Origin: Basidiobolus meristosporus CBS 931.73
Lineage: Eukaryota; Fungi; Basidiobolomycota
Reading direction: 5' to 3'
NCBI GenBank assembly: GCA_002104905.1
Contig: MCFE01000015.1
Coordinates: 62,001 to 126,000 of the forward strand
Length of the DNA: 64,000 nt
Below the pieces are notes generated by a model. It made no database searches and was not told where the DNA came from. It saw nothing but the letters and a program-made list of their open reading frames with translations. Position numbers and translations under genes: made by a program. Of this stretch, positions 1 to 11,052 are shown one piece after another (the stretch's first letter is position 1; each line of letters begins with the position of its first letter).

Positions 1-771
1 GGAGGGAAAGATCACGAATGATTCTTAATACACACAAACCTGGAAAGCACCTTCTCCTTCGACTGCTACAAATAAACATCCCTTTGCACCAGAGGGGTTT
101 TTGGCATCAATAGGAAGATTGGGGCAGCCCATTACACCCAGGCGAACCTGGCCATCAACAATGAGAGCCAAGCATACCGCAAATTGCTCCCCACGCAAGA
201 ATCCCTTAGTTCCATCGATGGGATCCAAAGTCCAGTGGCGACCTGTGGAGCCTCCAGCATAACAGCCGCGATCAATAGCTGCTAACAGCTAGTGAATAGA
301 GTTAAAACATAGGGAATTTACGAGAATCAAGAGTAGACACACCTGAGTGATGGTTTGAGATTCCTCAAGAACCGAATTAGCTAGTTCTTCGATCTTTTCT
401 CTCATGTTGGCAGCAGCATCTCCATGTAGATCCTTAGAATCCTCTTCGCCTACGATAGGATCGTTCGGAAATGCCTTCGCCAGAACTGTGTTCACAACAG
501 CCTGAGCACTGTAATCGGCGACTATGCTGGGTTATAAGACATGAAAGTCAGTAGTAGGTTGGAATAAACGGCACTTACTAGTTACAGGAGATTTATCCTT
601 CTTCGTGATTGTTTCACTGGAGACCAGTTTGTTGAAAACATTCTGACACACACGGCTCGCTCTCAACACTGCGTCAATGGCAACAGCTTTCTCTTGGGTA
701 TAGCTAGACATTGTTCTGCAGAATGAATGATAAATTTTCCCAAAGGCCCTCGAAGAATACAAACGGCTCAT
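1..771 (-). CDS. MET22: 3'(2'),5'-bisphosphate nucleotidase (Met22/Hal2, inositol monophosphatase family); multi-exon, 3' end runs off the left edge
   Basis: Exon peptides KKDKSPVT, FPNDPIVGEED, DPIDGTKGFLRGEQFAVCLALI..GVMGCPNLP match the IMPase/PAP-phosphatase motifs; GT-AG introns lie between the ORF pieces. Confidence 0.93.
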
Positions 772-1196
772 ATATATATATGGGCGATGGAGTCAATCCT
801 GGTCAAATCTTCATGATATATCGGCTACTTTCCTAACCTATATTTTCATTATCATTCTTCTCATGACGTGCTTTTCCGCAACCTTACGCTAGTTGATTGC
901 GTGGTGATTTGCTACCATCTATTCAAGTTTCATCAAGATCCATTTGATAAATCCCAAATGGGGAAATCATGGCCTTGGTAGAATAATGTACACTATCATA
1001 GAGTCGGCAAGTGGGGCTAGTGTGGGACTTCACATTTATTTGCAAACAGATACAGGAAAGATGATCATCCGACAGGCGAATAAGACAGACAACCTGTTTG
1101 ATTCTCTCTCCAACTGGAATTAGAGGGTTAACATATTTAAAAGCAGCAAGGATTGCCTGAATGATATTAAATAATTAAGGTCAAAATTCGCCCATC

Positions 1197-2735
1197 TCAG
1201 TATGAGCCTAGCTCAAAGTTGGTGACTTGGGGGAGGTAGGCACACGCGCTTAGATCCAGAATGTATACTTCGTCGTACACTTTTTTCCCATCATACCCAC
1301 CATATACGAACAACCTAGAATCATACAACACTGCAGTATGATAGCCTCTGCCTGTAGGCGGTATCCCGTATATGTTCCGAGTCTCCCAATTCATCGTTAC
1401 TGGACATAGATAGAGGTTTGAGGTTTTTGAAATTGGCAACGGAAGAAGTGAGCCAACTTACCTAAATTCAGCAAAAGTACATCCTGAACGTACTTATCCC
1501 CGTCATGTCCACCCGCGACAAATATGTATGAACCGACCTGGGTTGCTGTGTGCGAGAGTCTGGGAACAGAATCGCTTAATTTCACATGTTCCCATGTGTG
1601 CGTTTCTTGGTAGTAGCCATAGGTTAGTGCTCAGTAAAATCCCGCCATCAAAAAACGATGTACCTATATCAAGGACGTGCGCCTCACTGAAACATTCGTG
1701 ACCATCAGAGCCGCCATATATCAAAAGCTTATTCTCCACGAGCGTGCCGGTATGATATCCTCGCGGAATTGGCGGCTTTCCCTTGACCTCGACTGCTGAC
1801 CATGTGAGTTTGGCAAGATCCGCTGTTAAATGTGTGGTGAGCAAAATGGGCTATCCAAGGGGGGCAAAGGCGCCTACATATATCCAAACGATGCACGTCA
1901 TTCAGAGCGCGAAGCCCATCCCCGCCGCCAAACAGATATATGTATTTGCCATAATGGCAGGCTGTATGCGCTCGGCGAGGGCCAGGAATCTCACCATAAA
2001 CCTTGGGCTTAGACCATGTCAGGGTATCTATAGAATGTAAACGCGTTCATTACTGTGAAAACTGCGGAATATCAGTCTGAATAATACCAGTATCAAGAAT
2101 GTAGAGCTCATTGAAATAGTTGGGGCCGTCACCACCACCAAAGATGAATAGTTTGTTGTCAACCAACGTAGATGTATGGGCTCTACAAGGAGCAGGAGGC
2201 TCACCATTTGTCTGCGGGTTGGACCAGTACATGGTTTCTATATATTGTCGGGTTCAGTTCCATGCAAAATTGGAGGCTCTCTTGATCTTACCAGCATCAA
2301 AAATGTAAAGGTCATTATAGCAAGTATTCTCGTCACAGCCACCAAATATAAAGATTAGCTCTCCTACCAAGTTGACGCTATGTGCCCGAAGAGATTTTGG
2401 TGGAGAGTGTCCGTATATCGATGCTCTGGACCAGTACATTGCAGGAGCTGGAGCTGGTGGGACGTCCAGGGTTGAAAGCTCTGAGTTGCGAATACTCTTC
2501 TTCTCTGAGCTGGCAGAGCCACGCCAAAAATTTCCCGAATTACTAGATATTTGAACAGGCATGGACTGGCGGGCCAATTTCTTTGTCTTTATACTCACTG
2601 GCATGTTAACCGTAATAGAGGCAGCCGCTATTGAGCCGTTGCCAAGTTGTTGCTGTGACTTTAGGGGGCAAAGCATATTCAGGGGTAAATACAGACAACA
2701 TGCAAAGATGTACTCAAAGACCATACCATTACCAT
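1197..2735 (-). CDS. Kelch-repeat beta-propeller protein, multi-exon; 5' end uncertain (possible ATG-only first exon at 2735-2733)
   Basis: About six kelch units with H-x-x-x-x-(V/L)..(I/V)FGG..G...ND(L/V)Y(I/V)LD and W spacing, spread over ORFs 2254-2766, 2050-2232, 1503-1844, 1397-1585 and 1197-1439. Confidence 0.85.
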
Positions 2736-2999
2736 GTATTCCCAGGCCCTTTATAGTAAACAGCAAGAAAATTTGGAGAAGAAAAGTGTATATTCACGGT
2801 AGAAAGCTACTAGTTTCATTCAAGGGAATTAGACGTATGGTTGGCTTGACTTCCATTAGATGGAGTTTCCAAGTACAAAGTATTACCTGATAGTGTATTA
2901 TGGTAGTGTTCGGCACTCTATGTTTTTAAAGAGATGGAGTAATATTATCAATTATCTAAAGCCAGATGGTTAAAACTGAACAAGACAAAGGCCTATGGA

Positions 3000-4446
3000 G
3001 AGGTCTAACTTTATACAACAGGTGTGGCTAAATCTGCAAATCCCCAAGTGTGGTTATGGTTTGAAGAGACTTAAATTCCACCAGGTTTTGCGACTTTCTA
3101 AAGAGTCCTCTTTGGAGATGTTTCGACACAAAGACCGAATCGGAGCATGCAACCAATCAGTAATGTAGTGGATGCCTCCCATGATAAAAGATGCAAAACA
3201 CGCTTAATCGATATGATGTGTTACAAATCGGAGAAATAGTCCTTTTTAGAAATTCGCTCAAGATTTCACTTTTGATTGCTTGAGGCTAAATAGACCTATA
3301 CACGTTGAATATAAATGCCGCTTGCCCATTTGTTGTAATATCATGAATTGCATCGAGCAATATTGATGTTACGTATATTCCATGTAAAATCGTGATTTTG
3401 TACTATCCTTAGCGTACAACCTGTTGCTTGAAATGTCCACTTCAATTGCTTCCCTTGCAGAGTATTTGAAAAAGAAGCTATTGAGGTAAGGAGCTGAGCG
3501 CATCATGGGTATCACTCTTATGCTAAGCTAGCCCACAGCTTGGAAGCATCTAGTCGGTACATTGTTACAGTAGCCGGTGGGTTTCTCCATTTATTTGAGG
3601 CCAAATACAAAGTGTCTAATATCGTTAAGTAGGAATCCCAGGTAGTGGGAAGACTACTTTGTGCAATGAACTGTTGAAATCTCTTGGAAATAAAGAGGTA
3701 GTAGTGCTTCCCATGGATGGATTTCACTTGACTCGCAAGCAACTTGATACTCTTCCAGTAAGCTGTATACTTTGAATCCACAATCAAGCCAAGTCACTTA
3801 CTGTTTGGAACTCTTGAAGAATCCAATCGAAGCTCATAAGCGTCGGGGTTCCGAATGGACGTTCGATGCTCAAGGTGTGCCGTGTTGTAGCCCACAGTGT
3901 AGTTTCCCCCTTCTCACACCCTTTCTAGGTCTTGTCCAACTTGTCGATAATCTTCGAAAACATCCGCAAACGATTTTTTACGCGCCAACTTTTGATCATG
4001 CCTTGAAAGACCCTGTACCAGACGACTTGGCTATTTTGCCGAGGTTTGTTTTTTCGTTAGCATAGAACGAGCTCGACTCAACCAACACAACAAAGCCACC
4101 GGCTAGTCATTATAGAAGGATTGTACCTGAATCTACAAACCTCACCCTGGTCGGAGTTAAACAAACTTGTTGACGAATCCTGGTTTATTCAAACTTCCCT
4201 GGAAGTTGCTAATCAGCGAGTGACTAAGCGGCACGTGCAAACTGGAATATGTATGCGATAAAGTTGGGTTGTTTCAAGAAGAATTGTACTAACTTGTAAC
4301 AGGTAACGATATGGAAGAGGCTAGAATCAGAGTTGAAACAAACGATGCGTTGAACGCCAGATTTATCTTGAAAAATAGTCTGAAGCCTACGCGTTATATC
4401 GTGTTAGAGGCTGAAGAAACACCTGACGCGAGCTAAGCATTTTCAT
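3000..4446 (-). pseudogene. Possible degenerate gene of unknown function
   Basis: An intron-like segment (gtacaa...gctaac...aatag, about 4126-4031) is flanked by protein-like frames (PSRLVQGLSRH..., YTAYWKSIKLL...). Every frame I could assemble contains stops. Confidence 0.25.
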
Positions 4447-4740
4447 AAGGCTAATTCACTTCATACACATGTATGTCTAATAAAGCATGTTGGTTCCCAT
4501 CCCTTCAATGATTTGACTTCATTCTTACAAACTATGGAAATGCCAAAGCTTGGTAACTCCAAAGGCCACAAAATTGGGATTTAGCATAGCGGTCAAGACA
4601 CGATCCATCCAACGTGATAGCGGTGTTTGGAATTGGACATTAGGGAATCCAACTTCTTCGTTTCATGATTTGTAGCAAATATGAACAGTCCTCGATATAA
4701 GGATACAGTGTTGGGGTTACTGCCAGATTGTGGTCAAACT

Positions 4741-5726
4741 ATGCTTTCCGAACAACTCGGTATCAGTTTGTTAGCCCTATCCCCCCTCGTGCCTTGGGTT
4801 TCTGGGTTCACACCAGTGGAAGCAAACCAGCCCGTTGGGAAATGGTTTAATCGCATTATGATAGTAATGCTTGAAAACACGGACTTTGATGTAACAGCTA
4901 GAAATCAATACTTTGCTGACCTTGCAAAACGAGGTCTTCTACTCACCAACTTCTACGGTGTGACGCATCCATCAAAAGGAAACTACATTGCTCAGATATA
5001 CGGATCTTTTGAGGACTTGGATGATGATAGCCCTAGGACGTAAGTATCCCCCATATTGGAAGGAAGGGGCTGTAACTGATTAGTCCGTAGTTTCCCCGGG
5101 AACAACCTAGTTGACCTCCTAGAGGCGAAAAACATAAGCTGGAAATCTTATCAAGAAGATTATCCGGGCCATTGCTTTGCTGGTAATACAGATCTGTATT
5201 TTGAGAAGCATAATCCGTTTATTGCCATGGAGAATGTGAGGTACCCATGAATACTCCGAGTGTTCTCCTCTTCACGTGTGATGACATCTTTTCTAGGAAC
5301 CAGACCGAGCGCTGCGCAAAGATTGTGAATGCTTCCCAGCTAGACAAGGACATTCGTGTGGGTACTCTTCCTAACCTGATCTACTTCACGCCAAACATCC
5401 TTAACGATGCGCATGATACTGATATCTCTTTTGCGGCAAATTGGCTCAGGAAATTCATTGAGCCAAAGATATCGAATGTGAATTTTATGCAGGGAATGCT
5501 GGTAGTAATCACTTTTGATGAGCGAGGGAGCTTCGATTCGATGAATGATCCAGACAACAAAGTGTTCACTATCTTGCTTGGTAGTGGTATTAAGCAGGGT
5601 CTTGACTCCACTCGGTACGATCATTACAGCCTTCTCAGAACAGTCGAGGATAATTGGTCGCTCGGGACACTTTTGAGAAACGATACTAAGGCATACCCTT
5701 TCAAGAGGCTGATTCCGGGGAAATGA
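4741..5726 (+). CDS. Secreted acid phosphatase, phosphoesterase family (PF04185-like), 3 exons
   Basis: Hydrophobic N-terminus, then KWFNRIMIVMLENTDF, THPSKGNYIAQI, WKSYQEDYPG, KHNPF, NDAHDT, VITFDE and YDHYSLLRTVEDNW. Introns start at about 5040 and 5241. Confidence 0.9.
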
Positions 5727-5806
5727 AAAAATCCTCTAGTGTTATGTGATCGGCTGTAATGGCTGTAATCATTCCAAATAAACTACTAAATTTATGTTTA
5801 TTAAAA

Positions 5807-6910
5807 TCATAATTTGGCAGTTAGGCGGCTCACAAACTCTACAATATATTTATTGCACAACTCTGGTTGCTCGATGAGAATCCAGTGCGAGCTGTCTTCA
5901 ATATGCTTCTGAGTCAAGTTCGAGATGTCCTCAGGCATATTAGCAGTCATGTCGGGACGCAATACTGTATCGCGACCTGCGGTAACCATTAGCGAAGGAA
6001 TGTTGATCTTGCTTGATAAGTGTCTTTCATCCTCTGCATTTACTTGAGTAAGGCGGTACCAGTTAAGCGCACCATGAAATCCCCGCTTAGTGTACTGGTC
6101 GACGTAATGCTTGATCTCTGGCTCTGACATAAAGTTTGCTGGTTTGGGCTGATTCTCTTCAGCATTTGGTGGGAGAAAGTGCGCATGCTTCAGGAATGAA
6201 ACAGCATTATCTTCAGGTCTGTTACAACGATACATTGATCGAAGCGCTAGCTCAGCATTTTCATCGAAATATTGGTCACTTTCAGGCTTCCTGAACACCA
6301 ATTGGTAGGCAAAGTTAGGCCTTTTGTTGACCATATCTTCGAGTGAACCAGGCCCCTCTTTTGGTGGAAAATAGGGGGTGCAGAAACTGCCTACACCCAA
6401 CAACCGCTCTGGGTGATGAAGAGCAACTCTCCAGGCAAGGTGGCCTCCCCAATCGTGGCCAATGACAACGACCTTTTCTATACTGTTTTTGTCCAGTATT
6501 TCCATTATGTCGTCTGATACATTCTTTGCACCATATATACGAATATCATTTGGAGGACAGTGAGGCGAATCGGTCTCACCATATCCCCGCAAGTCGGGAC
6601 AAATTACCCGATACCCTCGGTCTGCCAAGAACTTGATCTGGTGTCTCCAGCCATACCAGAGCTACAACCACCTCGAAGTTAGCAGCCAGACGACACTCAA
6701 GCCATACAGCGATCCTACTTACATCTGGAAACCCGTGGAGCAGCACCACCACAGGACCATCCTTCGGACCTTCATCCACGTAATCTACGGGGCAGCAGGT
6801 TACTCAAGGTTGTTGATCCAGAAACAAGGAGCATACTCACGGTATCTTATCCCGTTAATAGTGTCATATCGATGATTGTAGGATTTGGGGTCAGAAAAAT
6901 TTGTAGACAT
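5807..6910 (-). CDS. Alpha/beta-hydrolase, soluble epoxide hydrolase-like, copy 1 (ends ...TAKL*)
   Basis: Spliced product MSTNFSDPKSYNHRYDTINGIRY|HYVDEGPKDGPVVVLLHGFPD|LWYGWRHQ..PDLRGYG..GHDWGG..YQL..NWYR..HW. HGFP motif, Asp nucleophile, two Tyr and catalytic His are all present. Confidence 0.92.
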
Positions 6911-7226
6911 TGTTTATGCAACAACTACCAGGGATTCCACCTTATATATCTTCAACTACCCAATGCTCGATTTGAACATACGTAATCAAAACTTGGGAAA
7001 TGCCGAGTTCCGCACTGCTTATGTTTCGTATTAGACATCACCTTTCAACTACTTGCGGAGAATTACGAATTCCATAAGTTGTCTTACTAGAACCGTACTT
7101 CATTGGCTAGACTAGTAGCTAATCAACCATGCACCAATAGACTTTATAATGGTAGAAACCGAGAAAGCTGGGTTACACAAGCGTCTGTTTGATAATAAAC
7201 AAATGGATATGCCTTGTCTAACTTAT

Positions 7227-8390
7227 TTACTTGTCGAGGGGCAGACTTTCAAGAAACTCAGAAATGTGCTTATTGGATAAATGTGGTTGCTCGACAAGGA
7301 CCCAGTGTGCGCTATCTTCAATGTGTCGTCTGGTTAAATTTGAGATGTATTCCTCCATGCCATCGGCAGCACTTGGATGGAGCACCGGATCATGACCAAC
7401 GGTAACCATCAAGGAAGGAATAGTGATATTCTTCGGCAAGCTTACCTCATTTTCCCAATTTGCTCGGATATTACGGTACCAGTTAAGCGCACCGTGAAAT
7501 CCCCGCTTGTTGTACTGGTCGATATAATATCTGATCTCTGGCTCGGACACAAAGTTGGCTGGTTTAGGTTGAGGTAATGGAAGGAACTTCGGGATCAAAT
7601 TGACGAGTTGGAGAAACCCAATAACATCATCCTCAGGTCGGTTTCTGTAGAAGAATGATCGAAGCACCAGCTCGGCATTTTCATCGAAATATTTCTCAGT
7701 TTCCGGTTTTATGAATTCCAACTGATATGCAAACCTACTATTGCCTTTGGCTACTTCTTCGAGGGATTTGGCCTGTCCTGTTGGTACTACATAAGGAGTG
7801 CAGAGACTACCAACACCCAATAACCGCTCTGGGTGATGTAGAGCAACTCTCCAGGCAAGGTGGCCTCCCCAATCGTGGCCAATGACAACGACCTTGTCTA
7901 TACTGTTTTTGTCCAGTATTTCGACAATATCATTGGACACATTCTTCGTGGTGTACATGCGAATATCATTTGGAGGACAGTGAGGCGAATCGGTCTCACC
8001 ATATCCCCGCAAGTCGGGACAAATTACCCGATACCCTCGGTCTGCCAAGAACTTGATCTGGTGTCTCCAGCCATACCAGAGCTACAACCACCTCGAAGTT
8101 AGCAGCCAGACGACACTCAAGCCATACAGCGATCCTACTTACATCTGGAAACCCGTGGAGCAGCACCACCACAGGGCCATCCTTCGGACCTTCATCCACG
8201 TAATCTACGGGGCAGCAGGTTACTCAAGGTTGTTGATCCAGAAACAGGGAGCATACTCACGGTATTTTATCCCGTTAATAGTGTCATATCGATGATTGAA
8301 AGAGCTGGGGGATAGTGAAGATAGGGATGCAACCACATTGAGACAAAGTGAAGGAACAATTAAAAGCAAGCAGCACAGTGATAAAATCAT
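7227..8390 (-). CDS. Epoxide hydrolase-like, copy 2, with an N-terminal signal-peptide-like leader
   Basis: Same exon structure and motifs as copy 1 (offset 1420 nt). The in-frame ATG at 8390 gives MILSLCCLLLIVPSLCLNVVASLSSLSPSSFNHRYDT. Confidence 0.9.
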
Positions 8391-8587
8391 GATTACCAAG
8401 ATCAGTGGTTGTAATCAGTATTTGTAGGGGTGCACTTAAATAACAAGTTGCGGTTTCAAATCATACGAACAGTTTCAATGTGTATGGAATGTCTAACCAA
8501 TGTCTTCAGTCAGAAGTTAGTTAAGAAACACTATATTTTGTGACAGAGCTGATCAAGGAATACGTCCAGTATCAGATCGATGATTTC

Positions 8588-8640
8588 AAGAGTCAAGGCC
8601 AGTAGCTACTAGATTGTAAGAGTTAAGGCCAGTAGCTACT
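8588..8640. repeat. Direct repeat, 2 x 23 nt with period 30 (AAGAGT[C/T]AAGGCCAGTAGCTACT)
   Basis: 8588-8610 and 8618-8640 differ at one base. Confidence 0.85.
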
Positions 8641-8657
8641 ACAATGACAAACTTCCT

Positions 8658-8778
8658 AGTAAATCAATATACGTTCCAAGCTGCGTATTTATGAGTAAAC
8701 CAGTATGCATCCCGAGCTATGTATTTGTAAGTAAACCAATATGCATCCCGAGCTATGTATTTGTAAGTAAACCAATAT
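8658..8778. repeat. 36-nt minisatellite, about 3.4 copies (AGTAAACCAATATGCATCCCGAGCTATGTATTTGTA)
   Basis: Units start at 8658 (degenerate), 8694, 8730 and 8766 (partial). Confidence 0.9.
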
Positions 8779-8828
8779 TAGTAAGCCAGAAAACCTATAT
8801 AACTAACCATGGAGCTCACTACTCCGCA

Positions 8829-9673
8829 ATGTCCATTACCATAGAACCTAGGCGTAGCGAAGATAGAGGATATATTGACCATGGGTGGTTGAAATCCTAT
8901 CATACTTTTAATTTTGCTCATTATTGGGACTATCGCTTTGCATCCTTTGGGCCGTTGCGGGTTATTAATGAAGATATCATCCAGGGAGGTTGGTATCTAA
9001 CTCCAACCGCTTGTTTGCTCTTACTGATGAGTCTATAACCAGGTAAAGGTTTTCCCACTCACCCTCATAAAGAGTTTGAGATTTGGACCTATGTGGTCGC
9101 AGGTCAGATAAAGCACCAAGATAGTAAGTTCAAAAATGTTCTATCCAGAGCATGGTGGATCATAACGAGCATTTCATAGACACGGGAATACAGGAAGTTG
9201 TCAAACGTGGCCAAGTTCAATTTACCACAGCTGGGACTGGAATTTCCCATTCTGAATTCAATGCACATCCTACTGAGTCTGCTCACTGTATCCAAATCTG
9301 GGCCATGCCAAACCAAGCAAAGCTCCAACCTAGCTATCAAACAATGGCTTGGTCCGAAAGTGAAAAGAAAAACAAGCTTTGCCTACTTATCAAGCCTATC
9401 GAAGACCAGGCTGAAAAAGCAATCAGCTGCCATGCCGAACTGTACATGTATGCCTCAATCCTCGAAAATGAGAATCGAGTAACTCACAAGATCGGAGAAA
9501 ACCGCAAACTGTATATACATGTAGTGAATACTGGTGGCGCCCTCTTGGTTAACGATGTTCAACTAAATAGTGGTGATGGTGCATTCATTACGGAGGCTCA
9601 CAACAACGACCAACTTCATATTGAATCGTTAGGCTCAACCCCTGCTGAATTTCTTCTGTTTGATATGAAATAA
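8829..9673 (+). CDS. Pirin-like bicupin (YhhW/quercetin 2,3-dioxygenase type), 3 exons
   Basis: RGYIDHGWLKSYHTFNFA..FGPLRVINED, GFPTHPHKEFEI, HQD, AGTGISHSEFN, QIW. The metal ligands in HPH and HSE are intact. Confidence 0.92.
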
Positions 9674-9815
9674 GGTTTAGAGCACCATAACATATTAGTC
9701 TATTGGTTTTATTTATATTGGGCAACTCATAATTGGATCATTCTATTTTTATCCAGTAAAAAAATGGTGTATACCAAGTGGCTCTCAGTAATATTTCTGG
9801 TTTACACCAGTTGGG

Positions 9816-10749
9816 ATGAATGACGATAATTCCTTCAAAAGTGATACTCAAACAGAAGATTACTTGGCTAATCTCCAGACCAACCCAGGTCCTATACTAG
9901 ACAAATGTCAAAAGAGAATATGTTGTCCCAACTGTGAAACCGGGAGAGTATTAAAATACTACTGTTACGAGTGTTATGAAATTCTTGGCTGTTCCCGTGA
10001 TGAGATACCTTCATTAAAGTTGCCCGTTAAGCTAGACATGTACGTTTTAATACTTCAACATATGGTGGTATTTATACATTGCTTGCTATAGCAATTCATT
10101 TTTGCGCCTTTAACTCACAAACCTTCCTAACCCTGCTGCAGACTCAAGCATGAAAAAGAGAGAGATTCCAAATCTACTGCCATACATGCCAGAATACTTG
10201 CACCAGAAGATACGAGAATTATCCTTTATCCAAGTCAAATACCTCAATATGACAACCCTGAGCGGGTACTGCTTCTATATCCATCTGAGGTCAGCGACGG
10301 CGTTTAGTCAAACATTCCAAGTACATTCCTCTCAATCGGCTTTCTACATTCATTAGGATGCACTGACTCTAAACGAGATCGATTCAGAGTCTTTCGATAG
10401 AATCCTTGTGGTGGATGGTACTTGGAACCAGGCTCGAGCCATGGTTCGATACACGCCTATCCTACAAGAATTGCGTAAAGTTACTATCAAACCACGAAAG
10501 ACCATGTTCTGGCGTTTCCAGAATATCTCCGAAAGCTATCTAGCAACTATCGAAGCAGTGTATTACCTTTACCGAGAGTATCATGAAGCTTATCAATCTG
10601 ATACTGTATACGATGGTCGATATGATGATTTGTTGTTCTATTACAAGTACTTTTATCACCTGATTCAAAACTTTTACAAGGAGAACCAAGGCAGTCGAAA
10701 GTTCTCGTCAAGACATAGGAAAGGCTCTGACTACATCAAATATGAGTAG
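9816..10749 (+). CDS. DTWD1: DTW-domain tRNA-uridine aminocarboxypropyltransferase (DTWD1-like), multi-exon
   Basis: N-terminal CPNC..YCYEC zinc motif, KSTAIHA, LLYPS, VDGTWNQA (DXTW), FWRFQ, LATIEAVYY, YDDLLFYY. Confidence 0.88.
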
Positions 10750-11052
10750 CATATCACCGGTTGTAAGCCAAGTCGGCCTTCATAAAGTGAATTAAATGAT
10801 TTTTAGTCATTTCAACAAATTAGAAACTGCCACCCTTAATGATACTTGGTTAAATCAATCAAATCAAGGAGTACATGTAAATATAAGTATGTGATTGTAT
10901 GTGGTCGTTTGTATTACTTGGCCAACGAAACTTGTGACAAGCGCAATAGCCTGTGCTTGTCTGCGTTCAACTTGGATACATCTCTTCCCTCCTTCCGCTT
11001 ATATTTATTTTAATAAACCCACTATAGCTAGCCTTTTGTATAAGTGTAAACC

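Noticed and set aside
8658-8778. CRISPR-like 36-nt repeat
   Set aside because: The units are contiguous with no unique spacers, in a eukaryotic context; this is a minisatellite. The ORF 8691-9038 N-terminus is just its translation.
8829-9673. Recent horizontal transfer of a bacterial yhhW pirin
   Set aside because: It has two spliceosomal introns and host-like composition, and similar pirins exist in fungi. This cannot be supported without a phylogeny.
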